Positions 20,501-28,490 of a stretch of 64,000 bases of DNA are shown here, one piece after another. Each line of letters begins with the position of its first letter. Within the stretch, counting starts at the first letter, position 1. The notes beneath the pieces were generated by a model that was given only the letters and a program-made list of their open reading frames with translations, was not told the origin of the DNA and ran no database searches. Location: positions 3,705-67,704 of IMG/VR virus record IMGVR_UViG_3300047510_002062; one strand, written 5' to 3'. A program made the position numbers and the translations under genes. The DNA comes from a virus.

Positions 20501-20907
20501 TACTGATCAAAAGTGGCATCTCCAAGAATCATATAAGGTTGAAATTCAAGAATTTCTGAGCCAGATCCAACTATAGACTGTGTAGTTCCTTTTGACCTCA
20601 GTGTTTGATCTACATAAGTATATAAATTTGGAGAATCTGAAAGACCAACTTTTTTTGAAATTAATTCTTTATGTAGAAATGCCGGGAAAATACCGTCATA
20701 AAACATTGTCAATGTGGATCCAGCACCAATTTGTGTACCGGTAAATTGTGTTGTTCTTGCATCATTATAATCAACTAATCCATCTGAGGCTAAATTCATA
20801 GAGTAAGAAATATCACTATGAAATACAATATTAACTCCTTCGGAAAACAAATTTCCTTTAAAAAGAATAGGACAAAGGTTAGCTACAGAAGAACCGTAAA
20901 ATGCCAT
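11503..20907 (-). CDS. Giant virion structural/adhesin-like protein, 3134 aa (PA14-like domain, repeated beta-modules, putative split vWA)
   Basis: PA14-like YSAMALGYFQPLVSGTYRFRLQS...VQLTAGRFYPFRI; many H(G/P/N)F..GD.V.I.G modules; N-terminal IVFHSDISYSM. Confidence 0.8.
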   Translation of the reverse strand: MAFYGSSVANLCPILFKGNLFSEGVNIVFHSDISYSMNLASDGLVDYNDARTTQFTGTQIGAGSTLTMFYDGIFPAFLHKELISKKVGLSDSPNLYTYVDQTLRSKGTTQSIVGSGSEILEFQPYMILGDATFDQYYKFKNTWSNNYIDVDEGTYLPNNTTPTRFQQLYRTANASFGVNNRVVDLETNSNSPGIYSEDVHGTIFSLYYSDSSQVATNITEGRVGNAKIGRYLDSIQRRNIPTYFITASNEQENTSPSLINASGVGIAVSTKNFVGYTTSKYTFNEPGFYFRRYRGYYESTLNQNGAAGVGASFTNGVQISGSEFSSEEFREFFNSLAVPLTLGTQSTGNLRDDPGCNWYVNGTEQGGNFGDSTQGILGITNLGGTEVVNRTYFTPATRLAGYTNPPNPSNPSSTGPSGSGYKDVSIVKSPNRFDRFRNITNTEKGGFWGPVQFIDRFRSDIQDYSAMALGYFQPLVSGTYRFRLQSIGASFLWIASDDPLTGQINQTSVDNVYNNWRDTTANILCPSSSSLRYAIRESDNNSNKSQRTAVYTAESTANVQLTAGRFYPFRIIMGNPQIGGGDPTFPADGDLEFATTGSGSENPSSLRLLFRRTEVTPDTWQLSGDGFFFGGTKVWEEGSPFFPPPVTNVTRTLQEELVYRNIRVIGISNYDSDEVNGETYDAVFVNSISPASYKYVKLNKHEFSEIQLSSDPGTFAGGNWRFASHFKIENYGVHDDDNPLVTQFPNQSRLDSFGNPTTNTVSTGASFSIGKLNDRYTISVVPGFEGTGYRIGDIINIDASLVGEDTVSGSVVFRIDSLVEDVYSNRQGINYQYGGVTAGSISVQKGTGSYTYTVTNAGSGYNDGDIVRVKGGQLDGVDGTPGSSNNDLVINITSVDANGSIVNSSLNSNTGTPTNYIDYPVNLTTFSPRPINIRYDNTPISSISYRNGTSSGIAYTHVSITSIGYTNTSITGIAYSSYSIAGIAYTAIDESNTVGIAYSSAQIVGISYTTNPIVGAAYTHGSITGVAYTGATITSIGYSSSSVTSIGYTSPNIVSIGYTAFQISSIAYPDQFAISGLDIGSTNTTITINDTNGVFANNQVTTPFDILITGVDSAYSFINGSYTVISISQPSPGVIQFTIPVGDSPPPGALSFVSGSLIVTDNGPVVDGPSNVAIGTAVLQTSGNHTFSEGDQIIIRGINNPSYSAWGSTVLTVGAELVPNVSFYVNDTSSVGFYTNTSIGAGSTVGYDQAELELVIPATIKSVGITSIAYNLNAGTVKNPYLLDYTNTFAENNINGIIASYEVRILQPGSDDISLTDYLINGDVVYIFETGTVFDYTNTGYGLTVTDVRGGIDRFSFNFARQGSNVPFGFNSGYYIIERFIPIVDAPSHGFNNGELVSISGNENSVYNGTWRVAQAGINTFRLANSVTNIVPTAADLITNSGNKLNLSGIASASITAYPLEVGMGITAFGITGNSSIYNDGYVIVGIKSAITEPYAFTLKENQTPTQLVTPGTSGKIGIHTSSGIATVTNTSVFGSPNSTIQLKIQNSPGTFFNQVYTNAVILDSTRILLGSESFRNQSTANPIQYSSSLNVNASTISGRVGSPLLVTHGTITPSGFTFSPGSQFDVYGTTNFNGLSYTVGSISGNTLTLTSAYNSTTSTNFSSGETGNLGVRNLLPFINFTNNAFGNLFRSPLFGNVGQTISVKLQGLNSTKSNLEGTIQSARIISSNQLLLLTSGANPIDTGSDYTNPGIGGTVGLIGSRLLVRLQNPIVYQVGDQIGIQNIQTQFGGNFTSDTITVVSEIINNSDPYIFAGNDVSVNSTNFGLVGSGGISGLIRDAIVTTNGSHPFVTNDQVKIQGSVGNVGIFNYDTFGNPFVVTVINSTSFYLNGTTLNVFVNDFNDANATGGVAGLLNYPATVTSINHPFQTAQTVKIEGNSFFNGSYVITKIDNNRFRLNNNSGVGTDFTQAILNSGDPIYIALRNQGVTVTYDKDQVGINESTITSAIRVGDSVKIQNATNSNYNGTYTVTWATNTSPYRFGIIPTEPSTFDGYNQGSGGIVGLNNSKLRVRANSHNLVNGQSITVQSSSPANFNGTYTVSVLSANIVELSNGPVSDETKDYTQISTSGVLGYPGYPAIATLSQTSLPTGIVDGSELRIVGSNQPFSPQDVTIKVYRNNGVNPVLLGLTNATNPANYSTVFNNSGFGYTGGLRNVDPIIRFNNVEAEKLGLNNTKFQIGNNVPLDVISTTQFQSGFYDAKLLTTGSTYSLQLINARNPSNNIFVPSDVNFRVGLANSDRVVRTSSHGFTQSDVGVTAVFINTNNNSLQASYGGDYFVSEIIDSERFAVRSSPLNTTTALAAGINSDYTVTDVDGYYVKIGVGPRLTVSGSLFNQNHALLVGDTLTISGTTNFNGSRTVSEVLSPSEVRLSTPYPSPLTDGDGTRNYNFTPQTGTFTRSVTRNAGITVRRSAEQYVIQAYTSRGANFRENEQFVVSGTTFNGISPDNNLVVRVSSTQTGGAINSLELTTPGTVGSNDPDSALDYDPRTFALQQAIGDGSGAAFNVIRRGEYSSTLGFTTYSQVTLATGGQFYQPNESILIQGSQLGGKSPDNDLIITIESVGVNGAIVGTGFTYVGISSDGSGLKNSGITTIYQSPSIPGQEVSKPIGLEETWRLNGTLKFTSPPPGQGELKQTHDMLTLAKANRGGVVKSSRVFQYGDIDKKAEIFEIFAYGTRGADATTDNGGESNIIYDTNGNSGIATITLRSDETDDEQPLQGIKTGDTVYILSRIEPGYSGVKFPGLRKEPYTDYTIVGYGFTVLGVYSNANAGTDFEVAAGRNQTFSEVIEIPGDATYNGPISGNGATIPGTGGSGYRNPDNGLWYSFCFGDGHDQLVIQTSNKNATLNDNLSDIVDFLIVRAEEPILIRTNGIHSFVPGERIYIENTKIFDRNTLISPNTNPGLAGTSFIVGPNTIDVGGKGIAETLPGGFVVSQATITEFEAGTGTRAIPLLDDFGNPITMGTISPNGKTYWELFMENCQGMRVDQGATTIWTTSNLNGSWESGLGTWSNLNYPIVYGNRGVNDENPEPGGDSDVVATRFILAVDGTAYTIKPGGSPRIDNRVALAKAISSFIAGQLSS

Positions 20908-20938
20908 TTTATTTTATTATATACTTTATCTATTGAGG

Positions 20939-20946
20939 TATTTATA
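20939..20946 (-). promoter_or_regulatory. T4-type late promoter TATAAATA overlapping the upstream stop codon
   Basis: Exact consensus about 32 nt upstream of the ATG at 20907. Confidence 0.75.
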
Positions 20947-23900
20947 CGTAAGAACCAAAGACACCCAACACTTTTGCAGTTGATGAACTTGAGAAACTTC
21001 CACTACTATCACAGAAGAATGTGAATCCAACTACAAATTCTCCAGAAGTACCGGATGAAGTTACAGAACTAGTTCCATTTAACCATCTAATGTTTGAACT
21101 AGGAATTGTAAATGTTGTTCCTCCAACAGTTATTTGTAATTTTGAAGGAATTCCTGTTGGGCTAGATGGAGAAGATATAACCAATGTGTAGTTATATGTT
21201 CTATTTGGTGTATTTGGAACATTTGTTATATTTAATGTATCAATTGTAGTAGTAAAATTACTATCTCTTCTTGAAACAGGTCCATTTCTAAAGTCAACAG
21301 TTACAACATTAGAAGTCACAGTAAATGATGTATTTACAATATCAGATATTTGACTAAACGTTGATATGCCAGTTACTTGTGCTCCATTGTTAATATTGAA
21401 AGAAGTTCCTCTTAAAGTATTAACAAGTCCTTCAAAATATGCACCATCTCTACCGATATTGCCAGTAGACATCAACTGAGTTGCAGCTGCACGTATTTGG
21501 GAGTAATTATTACTATCAGTTCCAGTAACTGTTTCTCTTACCGGAATAGTATTTCTAGTTGTTGATCCAGAGGTAAATGTTGCAGCATATTCTGTTCTAG
21601 GTAGGAAGTTATTTACAAAGTTTGAATTTAAATTATTTACCAGTGTGGCATTTGCAACTTGAATTGGAGCAGTTGTTTTATCTGCTGGCAAAGTGGATTT
21701 TAAAATACCACCTTCTACCAATCCATTACATCTAAAATCGAGTCTAAATCCAGTAGCAGTACTTCCAAGTTCCCATTTCGGTTTAGCAGCACCTGGACTT
21801 ACCGCAGGTTCTATGTATAATTCAGTATCTTCACCAGTTCTAGAAAACTCTAATACATTTGTTATACCGGCATACCATTGCCACCCATAACCAACATCAC
21901 TTAATGGAACACTATTCCATAATTTATTTACACCAACTCTTCCTACTGCAAAGTCAACTGAAGTTGAAGAAAGTTTATTATCATATATTATTCTAGTTCC
22001 AGTAGTTCTATTGGTAAATGTTGGAGCACCAGTTCCAATTACGGGATCTGCTCCAGCAACACCAAAATTCACCGGTACAATTGGGGATCTATAAACAACA
22101 GTTGCGACACCGACAACTGTGTTTGGAAGACTTGTAGGTGGATATTGAACATTAATCGAAACACCAAAACCAACTGGATCTCCAACAAATTTAATAACTG
22201 GGTTTGCTACTTTTTGTCCATTAAAGTCTGCAGGAATACCTGAACTGAGATCTGGTATGGTTTGACTAAGAGATCCTGTAGCGACACCAATTTGGTTAAG
22301 AGCAGCACTACTTTGTGTAAATGTTACTGTTGTAAGACCGGAATTTTGATTTGTTTGAGCACTCACAACAATTCCAGATCCTTGGAATCTTAATTCTCTA
22401 GTTATTGCTCTTGTAATAGATCCTGCTGTTACATCTACACCATACAAACTATCATTAATCCATCCAAATCCTTGCCACTTGGATTGATTATCTAAAGGAT
22501 CTACAACATATATCCATCCAGCATTTTCTCCTAATTCTGGAGTTCCATTTAAAACAATGTCTCCAATATTGGCAGATTTTGTTGGTCTAGTTGAAGAAAC
22601 TGTTATTTCTCTAGATACTTCTAATTCTCCTCTAATACCTGCCTTTCTAAATTCAATACCATCTTCAGCAGTTGAAGTTATTTTTTCATTAAAGATTGTA
22701 GGTCCACCAAATTCAGAAATAAGTTTTGAATTTGGACCTCCATTTACCTTTATAGATCTATTAATGACAACTTCTTCTGGAGTTAATAAATTATATCCTC
22801 CCTCAGAAACTAATTCTAATGGAACTTCACCAGAAACAGTTGGTATTGGAGCATCATATATTTGATCCTTTCCGTTACTGGTTATTTTTCTATTATTATT
22901 ATAAAAATCTCCATCACTATTCATTGCGGAATATAAAATTGTTCCGCCATTAATCTTTGTGGATTGTGATAGAATTTCTTCTTGTGGCGTCAAAACTCTA
23001 TCTTGTCTTTCTGGTAAAGCAGTTGAATAATTACCTGGACCATAACCAAGGTATTCAAAAGTATGCCCAGAAGCACGAATGATTGAATTTCTTCTAGATT
23101 CTGTAGGTAATACTTTAATTCTTCTAACTAATGAGTTCTTTACGTGTAAATCACGTCTAGTTCCCATTAATGCTCTTTCAACTACTAAAGAATTTGATAT
23201 GATTGTTGATTTTATTCTAACTATTTCATTATCAATTAAAAGATAATCTCCTATATTTAAACCCACTGATGAATTCAAAACAAGAGGAGCACTTCCAGTT
23301 GCTTGCAAATCAGTCTGAACTATTCCAACGTATTTGTCAAAATTATAAAGTAATCTTGAAGATTTAAATTCATTATCTCCAGAAACAGATCCTCTATTTG
23401 CTGTGTTAAATGGTAAAATTGCCTTTATTGTTCCTGTAGTTACTGGTGTTGTACTGGATTTACCCATATCAACACGAACAGAAGTTAAATTATTATTTAA
23501 ATTAGTAACAAAGAAGTTTTCTTTATTGTTAAAGAAGTTGTCAGTAGCACCATAAAGTATTATACTTGATCCCACTCTGAATGGATGACTAGTACTAAAT
23601 CCAATAGTTCCAATTCCAGTAGATGGTGTATATTCAATACTAGAAACTGGAACTTCTAATCCAGTTATAATAGCAATAGAATTATTAGTACTTCCACTTA
23701 CGGATCTTTTAAATGTTGATATAGATTTTGCAGATATTACATCTATTTCTTTTGTTTTTCCAGTATCAATTTTATCAATTATATAATAACCATTATAATC
23801 TTCAATATTTCCTCTATGTGAGCTTATTCCACTTACTCTAATTGAAAAACCTTTACTATTGTTTATGGCATTTACTGATAAACGAGCAGTATTTGATGGA

Positions 23901-26900
23901 ACAAATGTAACTGCTGTTGAAATGCCCACAGGAGTTAATGTATTTCCAATACCATAAGCTGATCCTGGATTTTGTACTGCAATTTCAGATATTTGTCCTG
24001 ATTGAACACGAACAACACAAGTTGCATCAGATCCAGTTGTAGATCCAGCAGCACCAACTAAAGAAACATTATAGTACAATCCATCTACATAATTTGATCC
24101 TTGATTATTGATCGTTAATCTAGTTACTCCATTTAAATTGTGATCAATATTTGTTATTATTTTATGTGTAGTCGCTGTTGTAGATTGAATATCGGAAATA
24201 CTAAAACCTAAATCAAAATCCGCAAATCCTTTAGCCAGAGTTTCTCTGGTTATGCTTCTTCTTGGGTCATTGACAGAGACTTGACCAATTGGATCTGGTA
24301 ACGCAATGGATAAAGATCCAGATGGATTGGGATCGGGATTATCTCTATTTAATTGAGGATAGAGATTTTGAATTGGTTGTGAAAAAGATAACTCTCTAAA
24401 TGGAGTTACATTAGGATTATTAGACGCATTTACTACTGTAAGGTGATAAATTCCATCCTGTCTATCTTTTTCATAAGGTTGTATTTCTTCGGATTTGAAG
24501 ATTTGATATGTGGTTCTAAGACGTTTGTTAATATATCTTGGAAGATCATTTGGACTTCTTGAATTTGTATTATTATTAAAAGTTCCAGGATTTGAAATCA
24601 ATAAGTAAGTAAATTGTCTTGAACTTGTTACATCAAAAACTGTAAAAGTTCCATTGAATCCCCTATCGTCATCACCGAGTAAATTATTTGTACTTATGAC
24701 ATTTTTAATTTCAACTTCATTACCAACTTTTAAATTATGTGGCAATTCTGTAGTTATGGTTACCAAATTAGATTGCCATTGTGCATTTAAAATATATCTA
24801 AAATTCCTTACTTGAGTTGGATTATCAATAGTGACAATACTCAATGGAAAATATTTCGATAGTTCAGTAGAATCACTTGCATTAGTACTTGAAGAATCTT
24901 GAAGAATATAACTATCAATTGGTGGTCTACATGTTAATACATTTTCTTTTGGTATTACATATCTAAACTTATAAAGTTTATCATCATTTGATCTTGTATC
25001 TTGCTTTCTTTTAATATATGTTTTTGGAGTAGCACTTCCAATTTTTTTAACTGGTGTGGCATTATATAATGTAAGTAATTTCGGAAATATTGTATTTGTA
25101 ACCTGATTTACTGTTACATACCAGTTTGTTCTATCACTGTCCCACAAAATAGGACTTCCTGGTTCTCCTGGAGATTTATCAATTACTCTACTTATAAAGT
25201 CAATTATACCACCCTTATCATTTAAAACTACTTCTTTTACTTGGTTTACCGCATCATCTTGAGTTCTTGCAAGTTTTATAGTTCTTAGCAGGTTTCCAGT
25301 GTTTTGATAAACATAATAAATTCTTCCAATTTCCAATCCATCAGGTAAAGGACCACTTACTGGAATTGGTATTACTGATTCTCCAGAACCAAATGTATGT
25401 TCAGTGTCGAATTCAATAATATTATTTGTTATGGAATTAATACCTGTAATACTATTTCTACCAACTCTGTATATTTTTTCTCCCTGAATATTTGCATTAC
25501 CAGCACCTACTGTATTGCTGAATACAACTTCTGCAGTATAGACATCCGTGGATTGAAGATCTGGATCAGTTATATTAACAAAAAGTTTTTCAGTCTTCGA
25601 TCCTCCAACTTTATATCCATTCAGAATGATATTTGGCGGATTGTTAAAATCATTTTCATTTAAAAGATATAATCTTGTAGAGTTATTCGCTTCTACAGTT
25701 TTTGTAACATCTATTGGTAAAAATTCAATGGTTTCTTCTTCAGTTTCAATATCTCTTGGTGTTACAATACTCGTAATATAACCACAATCATCTCTTATAA
25801 ATGCTTCATCCCTAAAACCACTGGATACAAGAGATTTTGCACCAAAGTTTGAGTTGGAGTTTGTAATTGAGTGATCACCACCGGATTCTGCAAGAAAATG
25901 ATTTGCAAATCCAATCGCAAAAACAGAAACTAACTGTAAGAATGCATTATTAGACGCCTTAATATGATAGTTTTCATAACTTGGTCTAAATCTAGATCTT
26001 GAGTTGGTATGGGCGTTAAATTCACCAATTACATAAGTTCCCGTAGTGGTATCATATCTCGCAAAAGCATTGTCATCTTTTTGCAATCCAATACCAGTGT
26101 ATTGGGCAACCACCATACTTCTAAATCCAGTTGCCTTACTTCCATCAGCATGTAAACCGCACATTCCATACACTGATCTAAGAGAACAGTTGAAAACATA
26201 TGGTGATGCAGAACTTACAGTATCTACTGTAATATTTACGGTTCCACCTGATGCATTTGGATTAATTTCTTGAGGTACAGATCCTACAATATATTTGAAA
26301 GTAAAATTATCAACTACTTCAGCAACTGCAAATTGTCCAGAATATCCTGGCTCTGAAATTCCATTAATTTGTATTGGAGTATCTACACTAAGTTGTTCAA
26401 CACGTTCATCTAATATAACTGTTATTTCCGTTGTTCCAACAATACCATTTCCAGATCTAATTGTTCCAATTCCTACTTCTAGGCCTTTTGATCCTACTAC
26501 TCGGTATTCGTCAACTACTGGTTCGATATCAACATCAACTGAGGGGAAATCTGGAGATATTGGTCTTCCAACTCCCAATCCATAAACTAATCCGATTTTT
26601 TGATAGTACATCTCCAAATCGGTAAATTCCGATTCAAAGATATTATTTTCAAAAGAATCCGGTACAAATTCGTCTTGAATTTTTACAGGATTTAAACCAT
26701 CCGCATATTCAAAAACAGTTAATTTGTGGTGAGAAAAATTTGGAACCGTTAAGTTTGCAGTATAGTCCCTATATACAAGTCCGTTTGGATCTCCATCAAG
26801 AATAGTAAATTGCCAAAAATAACATCCACCAGTTACTCTAAAAAGAGCAGTTCTTTCAATGTCATCATTAGTTGGACTGGGAACATAAAGAGGTCTGACC

Positions 26901-27349
26901 TTAGTTTTTCTAAGGTCCATACCAACGATAGATGTACCTCTAGGAACTATGACACCACCAAAAACACTATTTACTTTATATAAGTCATTAGTAGTGTCAA
27001 AAACATCAAAATTGGATTGAAAATCCCACTCTAAAACCTGAGTAAGTTCTGTTCCACCTCTTGTTAAATATTGATCTTGAGATATCGGAATATATCCAGG
27101 TCTATTATCAATATAGTGTTCTCCTGGATATAATAAAATTGTGGTTTTAAGGAATCTATCGTTCTTCTTTCCTCTCTGATAAGAAAATCTAGCTGCTTCA
27201 ATTAAAGCTCTCTGAATAGTCTTAAAGGGTCTTGTTAAAGAATTACCCTGATTTTCCACACTATCTGTGGAATCAAGACTATTTGGATCTACATAAATGA
27301 TATTTCCCTTAACATTCTTCAGAAAGTTGCTTAATCTAGAGAGACCCAT
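20942..27349 (-). CDS. Conserved cyanomyovirus large virion structural protein (tail fibre-like), 2135 aa
   Basis: MGLSRLSNFLKN...PFKTIQRALIEAARFSY...SASPYVFNCSLRSVYGMCGLHADG...RASGHTFEYLGYGPGNYSTALP. Confidence 0.85.
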   Translation of the reverse strand: MGLSRLSNFLKNVKGNIIYVDPNSLDSTDSVENQGNSLTRPFKTIQRALIEAARFSYQRGKKNDRFLKTTILLYPGEHYIDNRPGYIPISQDQYLTRGGTELTQVLEWDFQSNFDVFDTTNDLYKVNSVFGGVIVPRGTSIVGMDLRKTKVRPLYVPSPTNDDIERTALFRVTGGCYFWQFTILDGDPNGLVYRDYTANLTVPNFSHHKLTVFEYADGLNPVKIQDEFVPDSFENNIFESEFTDLEMYYQKIGLVYGLGVGRPISPDFPSVDVDIEPVVDEYRVVGSKGLEVGIGTIRSGNGIVGTTEITVILDERVEQLSVDTPIQINGISEPGYSGQFAVAEVVDNFTFKYIVGSVPQEINPNASGGTVNITVDTVSSASPYVFNCSLRSVYGMCGLHADGSKATGFRSMVVAQYTGIGLQKDDNAFARYDTTTGTYVIGEFNAHTNSRSRFRPSYENYHIKASNNAFLQLVSVFAIGFANHFLAESGGDHSITNSNSNFGAKSLVSSGFRDEAFIRDDCGYITSIVTPRDIETEEETIEFLPIDVTKTVEANNSTRLYLLNENDFNNPPNIILNGYKVGGSKTEKLFVNITDPDLQSTDVYTAEVVFSNTVGAGNANIQGEKIYRVGRNSITGINSITNNIIEFDTEHTFGSGESVIPIPVSGPLPDGLEIGRIYYVYQNTGNLLRTIKLARTQDDAVNQVKEVVLNDKGGIIDFISRVIDKSPGEPGSPILWDSDRTNWYVTVNQVTNTIFPKLLTLYNATPVKKIGSATPKTYIKRKQDTRSNDDKLYKFRYVIPKENVLTCRPPIDSYILQDSSSTNASDSTELSKYFPLSIVTIDNPTQVRNFRYILNAQWQSNLVTITTELPHNLKVGNEVEIKNVISTNNLLGDDDRGFNGTFTVFDVTSSRQFTYLLISNPGTFNNNTNSRSPNDLPRYINKRLRTTYQIFKSEEIQPYEKDRQDGIYHLTVVNASNNPNVTPFRELSFSQPIQNLYPQLNRDNPDPNPSGSLSIALPDPIGQVSVNDPRRSITRETLAKGFADFDLGFSISDIQSTTATTHKIITNIDHNLNGVTRLTINNQGSNYVDGLYYNVSLVGAAGSTTGSDATCVVRVQSGQISEIAVQNPGSAYGIGNTLTPVGISTAVTFVPSNTARLSVNAINNSKGFSIRVSGISSHRGNIEDYNGYYIIDKIDTGKTKEIDVISAKSISTFKRSVSGSTNNSIAIITGLEVPVSSIEYTPSTGIGTIGFSTSHPFRVGSSIILYGATDNFFNNKENFFVTNLNNNLTSVRVDMGKSSTTPVTTGTIKAILPFNTANRGSVSGDNEFKSSRLLYNFDKYVGIVQTDLQATGSAPLVLNSSVGLNIGDYLLIDNEIVRIKSTIISNSLVVERALMGTRRDLHVKNSLVRRIKVLPTESRRNSIIRASGHTFEYLGYGPGNYSTALPERQDRVLTPQEEILSQSTKINGGTILYSAMNSDGDFYNNNRKITSNGKDQIYDAPIPTVSGEVPLELVSEGGYNLLTPEEVVINRSIKVNGGPNSKLISEFGGPTIFNEKITSTAEDGIEFRKAGIRGELEVSREITVSSTRPTKSANIGDIVLNGTPELGENAGWIYVVDPLDNQSKWQGFGWINDSLYGVDVTAGSITRAITRELRFQGSGIVVSAQTNQNSGLTTVTFTQSSAALNQIGVATGSLSQTIPDLSSGIPADFNGQKVANPVIKFVGDPVGFGVSINVQYPPTSLPNTVVGVATVVYRSPIVPVNFGVAGADPVIGTGAPTFTNRTTGTRIIYDNKLSSTSVDFAVGRVGVNKLWNSVPLSDVGYGWQWYAGITNVLEFSRTGEDTELYIEPAVSPGAAKPKWELGSTATGFRLDFRCNGLVEGGILKSTLPADKTTAPIQVANATLVNNLNSNFVNNFLPRTEYAATFTSGSTTRNTIPVRETVTGTDSNNYSQIRAAATQLMSTGNIGRDGAYFEGLVNTLRGTSFNINNGAQVTGISTFSQISDIVNTSFTVTSNVVTVDFRNGPVSRRDSNFTTTIDTLNITNVPNTPNRTYNYTLVISSPSSPTGIPSKLQITVGGTTFTIPSSNIRWLNGTSSVTSSGTSGEFVVGFTFFCDSSGSFSSSSTAKVLGVFGSYV

Positions 27350-27406
27350 TGTATTAACGTACTCGGTTTTCGTTACTGATTATTTAGTCGAAAACAAAAT
27401 ACAATT

Positions 27407-27571
27407 TTATTCTTTTTTCATTAAATATTCAACAGTGTTTGCAATATCTTGCATTGCTTCTCTCAAGTCTTCTCTTTGACCAGTTTCTTGTTTAGATATT
27501 GGTCTCCTATCATCTACAAGAGACCATCTCCATAAATTCATATTTTTACAATACCAGAGATTTATTTTCAT
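27407..27571 (-). CDS. Small hypothetical protein, 54 aa (MKINLWYCKNMNLWRWSL...DIANTVEYLMKKE)
   Basis: Manual ORF filling the gap between tRNA-Pro and the 2135-aa gene. Confidence 0.7.
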   Translation of the reverse strand: MKINLWYCKNMNLWRWSLVDDRRPISKQETGQREDLREAMQDIANTVEYLMKKE

Positions 27572-27588
27572 ATATTTTCTTAATTAAG

Positions 27589-27662
27589 TCGGGATGATAG
27601 GATTTGAACCTACGGCCCCTCGCTCCCAAAGCGAGTGCTCTACCAAACTGAGCTACATCCCG
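27589..27662 (-). tRNA. tRNA-Pro (TGG), no encoded CCA
   Basis: CGGGATGTAGCTCAGTTTGGTAGAGCACTCGCTTTGGGAGCGAGGGGCCGTAGGTTCAAATCCTATCATCCCGA folds as a cloverleaf. Confidence 0.95.
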
Positions 27663-27737
27663 TGGAGCCCCCTATCGGATTTGAACCGATGACCAACGGT
27701 TTACAAAACCGTTGCTCTACCACTGAGCTAAAGAGGC
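27663..27737 (-). tRNA. tRNA-Thr (TGT), CCA encoded
   Basis: GCCTCTTTAGCTCAGTGGTAGAGCAACGGTTTTGTAAACCGTTGGTCATCGGTTCAAATCCGATAGGGGGCTCCA. Confidence 0.95.
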
Positions 27738-27740
27738 AAT

Positions 27741-27820
27741 TGGGGGGCATCCGTATAAACTGGATCTTTTGTACTCCCCCCTTGTGTCTTAGGAGATAAA
27801 CACAACTGAATTGCAGTTGC
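27741..27820 (-). ncRNA. Putative structured small RNA/leader upstream of tRNA-Thr
   Basis: Hairpins CAACTG/CAGTTG, TGTGTTT/AAGACACA and GGGGGG...ATCC/GGAT...CCCCCC between a sigma70 promoter and tRNA-Thr. Confidence 0.45.
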
Positions 27821-27826
27821 TTAAGT

Positions 27827-27855
27827 ATCATAGTATATATTCAAAAATTTGTCAA
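27827..27855 (-). promoter_or_regulatory. sigma70-type early promoter TTGACA-N17-TATGAT
   Basis: Consensus -35, 17-nt spacer, near-consensus -10, upstream of tRNA-Thr/Pro. Confidence 0.8.
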
Positions 27856-27859
27856 GCCA

Positions 27860-28177
27860 TTAATCTTTTGGAATTAATTCTGGTCTATCAACTAAAACTG
27901 GAAAAAGGCATGGATGAACTTCTTCCATTATTAAGTAAGAAGATGATCTATGAAGTTCAGCAGGAGTATAAATTTTTCCGTTTTGATGCTTATCTGCATT
28001 AGCAATTAAAGTTGGGTCCCAAACACTAATCTCTGGTATATCATCAAATGTGTAAGGATAACCTTCAATAAAATACATTTTAACAATGTATTTGCTAGAT
28101 CCAGGTTCAGATGGATCATACCAACACCAATCCATGCTAACACTATATTTGTGAGACATAAAAACCTCTGTCAGCAT
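27860..28177 (-). CDS. Conserved cyanophage hypothetical protein
   Basis: IVKMYFIEGYPYTFDD...SSYLIMEEVHPCLFPV; late-type GATAAATA at 28185-28192 upstream. Confidence 0.7.
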   Translation of the reverse strand: MLTEVFMSHKYSVSMDWCWYDPSEPGSSKYIVKMYFIEGYPYTFDDIPEISVWDPTLIANADKHQNGKIYTPAELHRSSSYLIMEEVHPCLFPVLVDRPELIPKD

Positions 28178-28279
28178 ATGAAAATATTTATCGGGGGTTT
28201 TGATCGATTTTTTTGGCGGGATTTTTTACGACCCTAAAGTGATTTTAAAAGTTGATTTTTGTTGAAGTTTTTGTAAGAA

Positions 28280-28362
28280 TAGGACGAGGGGGACTTGAAC
28301 CCCCACAGGCAATGCCCGACAGATTTTAAGTCTGGTGTGTCTACCGATTCCACCACCGTCCC
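28280..28362 (-). tRNA. tRNA-Leu (TAA)
   Basis: GGGACGGTGGTGGAATCGGTAGACACACCAGACTTAAAATCTG...GGGGTTCAAGTCCCCCTCGTCCTA, long variable arm. Confidence 0.93.
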
Positions 28363-28375
28363 GTGTTGTAAGACA

Positions 28376-28404
28376 ATCATAGCAGGTCTTGCTTGGATTG
28401 TCAA
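28376..28404 (-). promoter_or_regulatory. sigma70-type early promoter TTGACA-N17-TATGAT
   Basis: Lies between the two tRNA-Leu genes, immediately upstream of tRNA-Leu(TAA). Confidence 0.8.
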
Positions 28405-28405
28405 G

Positions 28406-28486
28406 TGCCCCTGGTCAGATTTGAACTGACAAACCCGTAGGCGGTTGATTTTGAGTCAACTGTGTTTACCATTTCACCACAGAGGC
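28406..28486 (-). tRNA. tRNA-Leu (CAA)
   Basis: GCCTCTGTGGTGAAATGGTAAACACAGTTGACTCAAAATCAAC...GTCAGTTCAAATCTGACCAGGGGCA. Confidence 0.93.
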
Positions 28487-28490
28487 AAGG

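Noticed and set aside
11503-27349. Introns, inteins or stop-codon recoding in the giant genes
   Set aside because: The frames are continuous under the standard code, with no intein or homing-endonuclease motifs seen and no suppressor tRNA.
27640-27831. 63-aa ORF in the ORF track
   Set aside because: It overlaps tRNA-Thr and tRNA-Pro, and its ATG lies in the promoter -10 box.
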